In this document: one piece after another, positions 48,301 through 60,300 of the stretch
Numbering within the stretch: position 1 is the stretch's first letter
How the letters are laid out: every line of letters starts with the position of its first letter
NCBI GenBank assembly: GCA_965112155.1
Contig: OZ218111.1
Reading direction: 5' to 3' (one strand)
Source: Podarcis liolepis
Lineage: Eukaryota
DNA length: 64,000 nucleotides
The notes under the pieces: generated by a model
Database searches by the model: none
What the model was told of the DNA's origin: nothing
What the model saw: the letters and a program-made list of their open reading frames with translations, nothing else
Made by a program: the position numbers and the translations under genes

Positions 48301-51300
48301 TCTGGGTCCCTTGGGATTGGGAACAGAAGAAAGTTAAGTGGGGGTGGGGGGAACCGTTGCTCAGCAAATGTATACAGTATTGACAAGAGGTTTTGCATCC
48401 TCTCTGCAAGGCAAGTGAGGGGGCATTCCCAAGAGACCTTGAAAGGAAAGAGGAAGGGGATGCAGCAGAGGGAGAGAGGGAGATGGTTTCCTAAGCAGAG
48501 GCCTTTGGGAAGAAGTGGTCCTCAGCTTTGGCCTGGCTCAACCTCTTTGTTTAGTGGCTCGGAGGAACGTTTGTTTGTATATCCATTCACTTCTTTCTTA
48601 ATGAGTTCCTGGGTTGCTAGTCACACAGTGCTGGGCAGAGCAGCCTCATGCTTCCAATGAGCATGACTCATTTTTTCCAGAGCTTGACCCTAGAGAATGA
48701 AAGGTGTGCTTGAGTTTTGTCATAAAATCATTTTATGAACACCCTCCCTCCTTTAAAGCATTTCCAGAACACCCTCCCTCCTTTCAAAATCCTCTGTCCA
48801 TCTTCATCTATAGAGAAATACAGAGAGCTGGAAGGGCCAGGGAGGGGAGGGGAATTGAGCAGCTCATGGCTTCAGCTCAGTCCTTGGAGCCCAGAGCAGC
48901 TGCTGTACGATGGATGCCAAGCAGGAACAGCTGCTGTAGTGCAAAATCCTGGGCGCGCGTGCGCGCACACACACACATTGTGTGTCTGTCTTTTTTTTTT
49001 TTTAATGGGTGCATTTTAAATTGGCCACAGAGCTCAACCCATGGAGTGTTTTACAACTCAGCAGCAGGAGCCCAGGCTCCCAGTGAAAGTATTGGGTTGG
49101 GCAGCTCATCTCTTTTGCAAGGATCACTGCAGGCTCATGAGGAACCCTCGCCACACACACACACACACACTGCTCATTTCCCAAACTCACAACTGCCTGC
49201 ACAATTCTGAAAAGCGGGGAGGGGCTGCCTGAAGCTAGAGCATTTGCAAGATCCATGCTATGGGCATGTTTATGTCTTGCTCATTGAACATCCAAACACA
49301 TCTGCATATCCAGTAGTGCTGGAAGAAGCTTCCTCATCAGCACACGTCTCAAATTTGCAGGACTCCAGAGCAGCCTTTCAGCCCTAAGTCAGCCCCCCAA
49401 ATGGTTAGTATAAACTGTGCAGAGCTATACTGCCTGTGCCAAAATGTATTGGTCTAGTTTGGTTTTCATTTGTTGTTTGAAGCCACTCACCAAGGAATCT
49501 TCCTGCAGCTTCCCTGGGGTGGGAGTTCAAAAGTAGCTGGTCTGGGCTACTGTACTGGAGGTCACTTCCCCCAGGAAGAGGGCAGGGAAAGCTGAAGCCA
49601 GCTTGAAACTGCCAGCCTTTTCAGCTTCTCCTGGATAGCCACAATGGCCTGGTTCTGAAGGCAGTTGTTTTGCCCTTGGGCACTGACTATGAGCACTTGT
49701 TTTGAACATAGCCTTTTCTACTGTCTCCCTAGGTCAGAGGACCCTCCACCACCAGAGCGAGGACCTGGACACAGTCATCCTAGTAAACCCTGATGAACAA
49801 AGCACTGTGTCAGAGGTAAAGCTCTGGGGTTCCTGCCTACCTGGGGTCAATGTAACCAATGGAATTACACCTCTAAGAGTTGCTACAGTGGCATGGTGCA
49901 AAAGTTGCCCGCTTCTTGACTTTGGGGGCAAACCAGCTGCAAATCCCTTGTGAAACCATCCTCCTGCCCCGTCAGGATAAATATTTATGAAGGGGAGTAG
50001 ATAAAGGCCTTAAAACAAAGACCCTCCTGCAAAGCCCTGTGCTCAGGTCTGCACCCAGTTCCCTCCCCCACTTCTAGGGACCTGGCTGCCTTCCTGCTTT
50101 TCCTCTCTGCCTGCAGCTAAATTTGACTGCACAGATTATCCTGACCAGGTGTGGGGAGTATTTGGGTTCCCTGCCACCCCTCCTGTGACCTTGCCTGGGG
50201 CAGGGCTGGGATATTATGGGGCTGTGTCTAGAGCCCAGACTCAAGCATGTTTAGGCAAGATGCAAAGAGGACTGCCTTTCCAAGCTCATTCATCAGACAT
50301 GGCCGTTTGCATTATCCGAGTGAGGTCAGCATTTCTGCAAGTCCAAAACTCAGGAGCTGAAACTGTCTCTCCTGCTGCAAACAGGTTCGTTCCTTGATAT
50401 GTGACCCTTCTGCCTACAAGCTGCTGGTGCTCTGTGGACAGAGCACAGACCAAGAAGGAGATTTGATCCTGCAGGCTGGGACCTTCACCTACCAGAAATT
50501 TGCTGAGATCCTTGCAGATCCAGAGGTAAATTGGGTGGGTGGGGAATCTGGGATTTGTATGAGTAGGAATCTGGCTGAGATAGGTGGCTTTGGAGGCCAT
50601 CCTCAGGCTGTTGACTTGGGGTACTGAGTTTGGGACCACCTTAAATGAGGATTGCTGCTACTACTGTTGTACACGTTACAAATCTTCCCAGGCATTCAGG
50701 ATGTGTTACCAGAACTTTATTCACCATGCATTCCAACTCCTGGCTTATTGTAGGCTTGGGAAACACTCAATTTCCTGCAGAGGCCCCTTTCAGATTATTA
50801 GTCTCCAACACACACACGTCTCCAACACACACACATACACAGAGTAACATATTTCCAGGATACTATTATTGATACATCTGGTGGACACCTCTGGCCACCC
50901 AAGAACAATAGTTTGTTACATAGGTTGACTGGTAGGTTTCCACTTCTAGTTAAAAGTTGAGCTTGCATGGATTTGACTAAAAAAGACATTTTGGGGTTTT
51001 TTGTCAAGGACCTTTTGGGGTGCTTCTGACTATTGCCTGCTTCTGACTCTTGTAGGTTGCCCAGCTTCTCAGCAACACAGATCCAGCTTCCAAGGCCTCC
51101 CTGACTGTGTCGTGCTTAGGAGAGGGAGATTGGAGCAACCTAGGACACCCCCGATTCCAAGACCTTCTCAGTCTGAGACTGAACCCTGACCCAATTCTGC
51201 CAGAGATGGATGGGGTCTCTGAGTTTGCCGAGTATGTCTCTGAGACAGTGGATGTCCCATCTCCCTTTGACCTCTTGGAACCCCCAACCTCAGGAGGCTT

Positions 51301-54300
51301 CCTCAAGCTGTCCAAGCCCTGCTGCTACATCTTCCCTGGAGGGAGGGGGGATTCAGCGCTCTTTGCCGTCAATGGGTTCAACATCCTGGTGGATGGCGGT
51401 TCAGAGAGGAAGTCCTGTTTCTGGAAGCTGGTGCGGCACCTGGACAGAATTGACTCTGTTCTCCTGACCCACATTGGGGCCGATAACCTCCCTGGCATCA
51501 ATGGTCTCTTGCAGAGGAAGATCGCTGAGCAGGACGAGGAGCAGTCTCAGGGCTCCACTAACTACAGTGACTGGATGAAGAATCTTATCTCCCCTGAGCT
51601 TGGGGTGGTATTCTTCAACGTCCCTGAGAAGCTCAAAATGCCCGAGTCTTCCATGAAGGCCAAGAGAAGCATTGAGGAGGCTAGCCTGACCCTGCAGTAC
51701 CTCAACAGGTTGGGCGTGAAGCCAGAGCCCCTTTACAGGGTGGTCAGCAACACAATTGAGCCCATCACCTTGTTCCACAAAATGGGTGTTGGGAAATTGG
51801 ACATGTATGTCTTGAACCCAGTCAAGGAGAGCAAGGAGATGCAGTTCCTCATGCAGAAGTGGGCTGGGAACAGCAAGGCCAAGACGGGCATCATTCTGCC
51901 CAATGGGAAGGAAGGGGAGATCTCTGTACCTTACCTGACCTCCATCACCGCCTTGGTTGTGTGGCTCCCAGCAAGTCCTACGGAAAAAATAGTGCGAGTT
52001 TTGTTCCCTGGGAATGCACCACAAAACAAGATTTTGGAAGGGCTTGAGAAACTCAGGCACTTGGATTTCCTGAAGTATCCTGTTGCTACGCAGAAGGAAA
52101 TTGCCTCTGGCCTTCCCACCCTGGCACTCAAGCAGACCAAGATCAAGCAGAGGACAGACAGCAAGGAGAGCCTCAAGTCTTCTAAGCCGGCAGCTGCCAA
52201 GGCAGGTGGTGAGGAGGGAGCAAAGGAGGTGAAGTCCGAGGTCCTCAAAGAGATCAAAACAGAGAAGAAGGCCAAGGAGCCACTGGAAAAGCCCCCCAAG
52301 GCAGAGAAAGTAAGAATGGACTCCAGCGATGCCCTCAAAGCAGAGAAAAGGAAACACAACAAAGACAAAATGGGCAAGAAGCACCTCAAGGAGAAAGTGT
52401 CTAAGCTGGAGGAGAAAAGGGACAAGGAGAAGAAAGAGATCAAGAAAGAGAGGAAGGAGATTAAGAAAGACGATGGGAAGAAAGAGGAAAGGAAGGAGTC
52501 AAAGAAAGAAGAGAAAAAGAAGGAAGCCAAGCCAGAGCTGAAAAAGATTTCAAAGCCAGACTTGAAGTCATTCACCCCTGAAGTGAGGAAGACTTTGTAC
52601 AAGGCAAAAGCTCCTGGCCGTACCAAAGCGGAGAAAGCTCGCAGTAAAGCTGAGAAGGACGCTGCCCATGGAGAGCCAAAGAAGGCATTGCCTGTGCCCA
52701 GGAAGCCACCAAGCCAGCCCCCAGAACCAGCAGGCGTGGCTGAGCACAGGCTGGTCTTGTCTTCCCCAGAAGACCTCACCAAGGACTTTGAGGAGCTGAA
52801 GGCTGAAAAGCAGGCCAGGCTTCCAGAGGTACCTGGTCCTGCAGAAGGAGAGGCAGGAAAGCAGGGGCTTGGTGATGTGGCTGCTCAGGAGACAGACCTG
52901 ATCCCAGAAGGGGTCAGTGGCCCAGACTCCTGGTCCCAAGGTGCAACAGAGGAGGAAACGGGCAAGGAGGGAGGAGGGGAAATGCCCAAAAGACCTGATG
53001 AGAGAGCAGCCGCCTTGGGGGAGCCCCTTGAGAGAACAGCAGAAGTCTCCGGAAAAGAAGCAGGAGAGAGAGATATAATGCAGGCTTCCGGTGACTACTC
53101 GGAAGACAAATATTCTCCTTTGGAAATGAAGTGGATGGAGACACAGGCAGAGAGGCACATGGACAGGAGAGATAAGGGATTGGAACAGGCAGAGCTGGAA
53201 GGGACCGAACAGCCCCTTGCAGAGGCCAAAAGGGAAGAGGCAGAGAAGAGTGAGCTTTCTCTCTTCCAGCAGCCAGAAGGTCCCCTCTTTCCCTCCAGAG
53301 GGAAGGAAAAAGAGGCCAAGGAGGAAAGCAGACTGCCTGGGAAGCAAAGAATGGGCAAGGGGGAGGAGGAGGAATCTTGCCTGGGCGGTGCTCCAGCCCC
53401 ACTTGGAGAACACATCTCCTACATCCAGGATGAGACCATCCCTGGCTACTCAGAGACAGAGCAGACCATCTCCGATGAAGAGATCCATGATGAGCAGGAG
53501 GAGAGGCTGCCCCAGCTCAAGACAGATATTAGCTCCTCTGACATTGCAGTGCCAGACCAGACCGGCTCCTTTGAAGCTATCCACGGGATCCAGGCCATGG
53601 CAGCTGCTGGCCAAGACCCTGCAGTCCTTGCCTACCCCACCAACATTGTGGCTGCCCCCTTGGCGGAAGAGGAGCATGTTTCTTCAGCAACATCCATCAC
53701 AGAGTGTGACAAGCTCTCCTCTTTCGCCACCTCTGTTGCAGAGGACCAGTCTGTTGCCTCGATAACAGCACCGCAGACAGAGGATACTGGCAAAAGCTCC
53801 TTGCTGCTGGATACAGTGAACAGCATCCCTTCCTCTAGAACAGAGGCTACCCAAGGTCTGGACTATGTTCCCTCCGCTGGCACCATTTCTCCCACATCTT
53901 CCCTAGAGGAGGACAAAGGCTTCAAGTCTCCACCTCCAGAAGACTTCCGTATACAAGCAGAAGGTGAGAGAAGGCTTGAGGCCTGCAAAAAGGGCCTGCA
54001 GCAGCAACAGGAACCAGAACAGGAGGAGGAGGAAGAGGAGGAGGAAGAAGAAGATGAGACACCAAATATTGAGAAGCCTTGGAGAGCGCAGGGTCATTAT
54101 GATGCACCTTTGTTTTCTCAGCAAGGGCCCCTGGGAGATGATTTAACAGGAGTGCCAGTGGAAGGATCCCAAGAGGCCATGCTGATACTCGACGGAGAAG
54201 CCCAGTTGCTGCAGGTAGTTGCAGGCTCTGGTGAGGCTGAAGAGCGGTGCATGAGCCCTGATGACAGCACAGTCAAGATGGCATCTCCCACCCAGTCGGG

Positions 54301-57300
54301 CCCCACCAGCGCTGGGCACACACCTTTCCACCAGTCCCCTGTAGAGGAGAAATCAGACACTGTGGAGGCTGAGCTGTTTGACAAGTCTTCTGAGGCCCCT
54401 GTGAAATGGGATGAAGAAAGAAGTCCCAGCAAAGCTACTGAGATCTCCAGGGCTTTTGAAGGAGAGGTCGCTGCTACTGAGGGGCTCTTTTCTGGGGGGG
54501 AAGAGGCATCAACTCTCCTTCAGGACAAGCCTGTCCCAGAAAGTGTGGCTGCATCAGAATCTGCACCTGTCCAGAGTGAGGATCGGAGATTGCTTCCTGA
54601 GAAAGAGGAGCTGGCCATCAGTTTCTACCACAAGCAAGAGACCCTGGACATTTCTGACCTTTATCCTCTCACCAAAGACACACTTCTAGAGCCCAAAGAG
54701 GGCTCTCCATTGAAGGGAGCAGACACTACCGAGGAAGCCTCCCAGGAAAGCATGAAGTGCCCTGCCCATGAGGTGCTCTTCTCTGCGGCTGATATTCCTC
54801 CTCCAGAAGGGTGGGAGGAACTTTCCGATAGAGCTTTTGGTGAGAGTTCTTCACAAGCGCCCACAAAACCGCTTTCACCAGAGGAAGCAAAGGTGTTCCC
54901 ATTTATTGAAGACACTCCTGGGAAAGCAAAATATTCAGATGATTTTGCCATGGAAAAATTGCCAGAAGATGGGAATGCCCTACATTTCACAGAGCGCAGC
55001 TTAGGCCAAGAGGGACCCCCCGCAGTTGCTATCAAATACACTTCCCCAGAAGGCAGCGACATTTCTGTGAGCCTTAGTGAAGAAACCTCTTTGCACATGT
55101 TCACAGGAGAGAGTTCTCAACCTGATGCTCAGTCTCTGTCTACAAAAGAGGTCCCTGCTCAGAAGTCCTCATCAGACGTGTTCACAGAACAATTCTCTCC
55201 TGAAAGGAGCTACCAGGCTTACACAGATCAGAGCCCTTTTGGAAGCAAAACATCTGAAGCTTTGGCCAAAGACAATTCACTTAGTTCCCTTTCATTCCAT
55301 GGGAAGGATCCATTCCAAGACAGTCATGCCACCCTCACGATGTCTTCTGCAGACACTATTATGGAAGATGCCAGAGCCGTATCCTTAGTTGAAAAAGAGC
55401 CCATCAAAGAACCATCTCCAAGACCTTCCCCCAAAGAAAGCCCAGGTTCAAAGTCTTCAAGCTTCACAGAACCAAGCCCAGTTCTAGAGAAGGAGCCCTC
55501 ACAAGTCTCCTCTGAGGAGATGGAGCCTTGTCGGTTGCTGGAAGAGGAGCAGGATACTGAAGAGGAGGAGGAAGAAGAAGAAGAGGAATCTCCTGAAATG
55601 GAAGATATTTATCTGAAAGACACAAACTCTGAGAAGAAAGTGTGGTTTACAGAGGAGATGAAGGAAGTGCCACGCAAAGAGCAAAAGCCAAAGTATGGGA
55701 AAGAAAGAGGGGAATGTACCTTCTTGGACGAGGAAGTAGAAAAACATGAAACAAAGGCTCCTCCTCCTCCCATGACTGAAGAGGGAGTGATTTCTCCCTC
55801 TGCGGCAGAGTCTGAAGATGACATTTCTGGAGTGGCCATGAAAGACATTTGGGACTCAGGATACAGGCACTTCCATGAAAACGTTGCAACTTTGAAGCAA
55901 GAGACACCTCCTGAGAATCGCTTTCCCCATGTGAGTGACAAGGTTGTGGCCCAGCAGATGCCAGAAACAACATCTGACCAAACACAGGCATTTTCACAAG
56001 CAGCTGCTGAACACAGTGCCATGGACACAAAGGAATCCAAGATGCCTGGCTCCAAAAGCCCCCCATCTTCTGGGTTAGAAAGTGTGTCAACATCCGGCCT
56101 GGAATGGGCCATACTGTCCCCTCCACACCAGGTCAAGATTCCACCTACAACAGGGTGGAGGGAGGAGTCCCCGCTTGGGCAAGCTGAGGAGGAAGTGGCC
56201 ACAGAGCCATGGTCCAGCTCTGTGGTGGAGCCTCCTGCTTTGGAAGAGGAGAGAGAAGCATCTGCACCAGAGCAGCGAAAGTCCCCTGCAGTAGACCAAA
56301 GTGTGCCCACACTCCAATCAGGAACCACAGAGAGGAGGAGATCAGAGGGGGATGATGTCTACAAAAGCAAGTGGGATCCCAAAGAGATGCAGGACAGAGA
56401 GCAGGAGGCTGAGGTGGAATCTCACACTTGCTCAGAGGAAAGCCAAAAGGAGCAGGTTGTGAAGGCAGCTCTGCTGAGTCCAGTAGGATCCCAGGAAGAC
56501 AGGGCACCTGCAGTTGTGGAGCCAGGGAAGAATGAGTCCACCCACTTTGGAGGAAGTGGAGAGCTCACAACCCCTTTGCAGGACACAGTCTCCATTGACC
56601 AAGCAGAGCGTCACTCCTGGCTCAGCACCACAGACTCTCCCAGTCAGTCTGGGCTCTGTGAACCCAAAGTTGACACTCTTGGGAAAGGGGAAGAGAGAGA
56701 AGCAACTCCTTACCCTCATGAGAAGACTTTCCATTATGCAGATATCTATGAGAATGTTGTCATGTCTAGCATTGGCCACTTTGGAAAAGATGTGGGTCTC
56801 AAGATAGGGACATCCCTTTACCCCATCTCCTCCAAGGAAGAAGAGTCTTGCCTCTACACTCCTACTGAGAAAGAGCTCTCGTCTCCAGTTTCCCCAAAGG
56901 ACAAAGCAGAGCCCTCCTTTGAGTATGCAGAGGTCCATGCCCAGGGCCATCCTCTTCAAATAGCAGAGAAGCCCAGTGTACCGCAGAGCTTGGCAGCCCA
57001 GGACAACCCACAGCCTGATGAGAGCCTTGCAGACTCTTCACCTTTTCTGCCAGGAAGTCCGGTGAGCTCCCTGCCTGCAGCCTCTCTGGGGGACAAGGGC
57101 TTTACCTCCCACACTGATGTGGCAGGCGTGCTGAAGCAGGAGGAGACAGCTCTTTACATTGAAGGTGCCCACCCTCCAGATGCAAACATCAGCCAGGAGC
57201 AAAGGTCTCCTTCTCCCAAGCACTCCCTGCCCAAGGATATGTACTATGAGCAAGCCAGAAGGGGAGAAGAGAGTGCCAGCGACTCAGAGCTGGAGAAGGG

Positions 57301-60300
57301 GGCCAAGGAGAAGTCTGAAAAGGAATCCAAGCACCCAGGGGAGCCCCCTTCAGCTCTGAAACCAGCCAGCGAGAGGGAAGAGGAACCCTATGCAGACATT
57401 TCGGGATTGGAGAAGGAGGACTGTCTGTCAGCGACATGGCAAGGAGCATCCTATGGTGCGTTGTTGGGAGAGGAGAGTCAGACAGAGAGAAGAGCCTTGA
57501 AGGCTGAGGATGTTGCTGCCTATGGCAGCCTTGCAGGTCCAGAAAGGCAGGAGTGGGCCTCAAGCAAGCCATGCACCAAAAAGGAGGAGGAGGAGGAGGA
57601 GGAAGAAGAAGAAGAGGAAGAGGAAGAGGTCTCTATAGGGAAAGGCTTTGGTGACACTGACTCCAAAGGCTTCTGCTTTGGTTCTGCTGCTAAAGAGAAG
57701 GACCCTCCAAAGGGCCCAGCGCTGCTGACGAAAGGGCTGGATTGCTCTTCCTCGGGCTTTGAACTCTCTTCCCTGGGCATGCACCAGCCATCCATCCTGT
57801 TCCGACATGAAGCACATTTCTCGTCCCACTTACGGGACAAATCCCTCGCTTTTGGCATCCCTGATTCTGACCCCTTAGAAAAGGGCAAGAGAGATGAATA
57901 CTTGGAGGTATCCAAAAAGGTTTCTAGTGAGGACTCATCGTTCCCAGCAGGAGGAGGGAAGCTTCTCTCTGGGGCACCCCAAGAGCAGCAGCTGCACAGG
58001 GAGTCATCTAGCTCTCCTGAGGAAACCTTCTTGAGGGGCTCCATCTCAACACATCCAGCAGTCAGTGAGAGCCCAATGTTCCCCCCCTATCGAGGAACAG
58101 CTGCTGGGCCAGATGCCCAGGGAGCACAGCAACCCACGTCCCCACAGCTTCCAGCAGGTTCTGCAAAGATGTTTTCAGGTGAAATGGGAGGAGATGCCTC
58201 TGCCAGCTTGCGCCTGCCCTCTCTGCCCACTCAGCAGTCTGAGTCCAGCTGCACAGTTAGCTGCACACAGCAGTCCCCAAGCCCTGGAGAGTGGCCAGCA
58301 GCCACTCCCCTCCCTGACATCCTGGCTGTTTCCCCCCATTGCCAGCAGGAGGCAGCTGCCACTGCCAACGGGCCCACAGAGGTGAGCCTCAGCCCCCTTG
58401 CTTTCCATGGTGGGCCACATCTCACAGGGGCAACAAGGAGTGAGGACGACGACGAGGAGGAAGACGAGGAGGAGAAGGAGGATGACGAGAAGGAGGACTG
58501 TGAGAGACAAAGCCGTCCCTCTTCCTTGTTGAGCTGTGAGCCAGCTTTCCCGCCCTTCTTTCCAGATGCCCAGCATGGCAGCCAAGCAGAGGATCATGGT
58601 GACGCCTCCCATGAGTTGGAGCCCTCTCTGGGAGCTACCTCAGAGTATGGGCAGAGGTTCTCGTGTGAGTATAAGCAAAGGAAGGGAGAGCTGTCCCCAT
58701 CGTTCATCAATCCCAGTCCTCAAGATTCATCAGAGGAGAGTGAATGTTCCCAGGCTGAAGGTCACCCTTCTGTGAAAGGAAGGCCACACTCCATCCCTGG
58801 TGGCCATAGGCAACCCCCTGCCACAACAGAAGAAACTCCCCCCACCTCCGCAAGTGACTCTGGCACCTCCCAGTCTGACTCGGATGTCCCTCCAGAAACA
58901 GAGGAGTGCCCCTCCATCACAGCTGACGCGGCCATGGACTCCGACGAAGACGCCGATTTCCTCCCAGTCGACAAAGCTGTGGGCAGCTCCCATCACAGCA
59001 GCAGCAGCAGCACAAGAGCTGGTCATGATCCCCCACCCATCACCCTGGTGGACCCCCATCCTCACCCTCCACACCCAGATGTCTGCATGATGGACCCTGA
59101 GGTGCTGCTCAACGATCAGAACATGAGCAGGCCTGACAAAATATCCAAGAAGGATCTGAAGGAGAAAAACAAAGGGGTGAGGAAGCCGCTGGGCAAGCCC
59201 AAGTCCTCTTCCCCTGCCCGGAAGCCTGAGAAATGGTCCCCGACCCCCTTGAAACAACAGCCACCAGACCGGCCTCCAAAGCCAGCACTGGCCAAGAGAG
59301 AGAAGCCCCTGAAGGCCCATGGAGAAGAGACAGGTCCCCCCAACCCTGGCAAGAACCTTGTCAATGGCGTCAAAACCAGCCCAGGTAAGACTGAGCAGAG
59401 GCCTGGCCCTCTTGGTGGGAATTGTGGGGGCGTCTGTGCTGTCAGCTCTGGTTGTCAAGCCATTTGTCTTCTGCCCAAAGTCGGGGAGACTTTCCCAGAA
59501 CCAGGATGTGCTGCTTCTGCTCCCTGGTTTAGGGTCAAAGATTGCCAGAAGCACTTCCTGTGGATTTAATCTTGGGCATGAATGACAAATCAGGCCTACC
59601 TTTTCCTGATGGAAAATACACTGTCTCCAGTTCTGAAACGCTGCACTCTGGTGTGGCTATTACCAAATACATTATTATGAGGGGGAATCTCTCTGGAGGG
59701 ATCTCAGGCGGAGATGCAAAGGGATCACCAGCCAGGTGAGCCCTCCACTGTCAGAGGTGATAGGTTCTTGAGACCCAGTTGCTGCAGACTGCAAGCAGGG
59801 AGAGTCCTGCTGTTGTGCTCACGTTCTGCTTGGAGGCTTCTTCCCTTTGGGGCTTTTGGTTGGCCAAGGGGAGAGCAGAGTGCTGGACTGTGATGAACTT
59901 CCTCTGGCCTGACCCTACTGCAGCTACAGGATTCTTCTTAGGCAGTAATTCAGACTGTGGAGCTCTGTCTTGGGCCCTATAATAGTCTGCCTGTCTATAA
60001 ACGCATTGGATAAAGGATGGAATCTCAGAGAACCCTAGAGAACCCTAGAAGGCAGGGCCAGGCTTGGAGGGGGGAGGGAGCCCCCTTCACTTGCTCCAAA
60101 GTCGGAAGCTGATCCTTTCCTCCACCAGCAGGAGGTGCTATGCTGGAAGTGGAAGGTGGTCCTTGGGCTCCCAGTAGAACACCTCTTTGCAGAACTGGGC
60201 AAAGTGGGCTGTGATTGCATAGGGAGGACCAAAGTCATGCCCTCAGGCTGTTGTTGGGCCCCAGTCACACTGGCAAAGGTAAAGGGCACTGAGAGCTGTC

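Noticed and set aside
51401-59554. Long antisense ORFs (327, 283, 281, 274 aa) opposite MAP1A exon 5
   Set aside because: Shadow ORFs of Lys/Glu-rich, codon-biased sequence.
59385-59569. C-terminal extension of the 2820-aa ORF (GKTEQRPG...HFLWI)
   Set aside because: Intron read-through past a strong CAG|GTAAGA donor; the conserved LC2 sequence is in exons 6-7.
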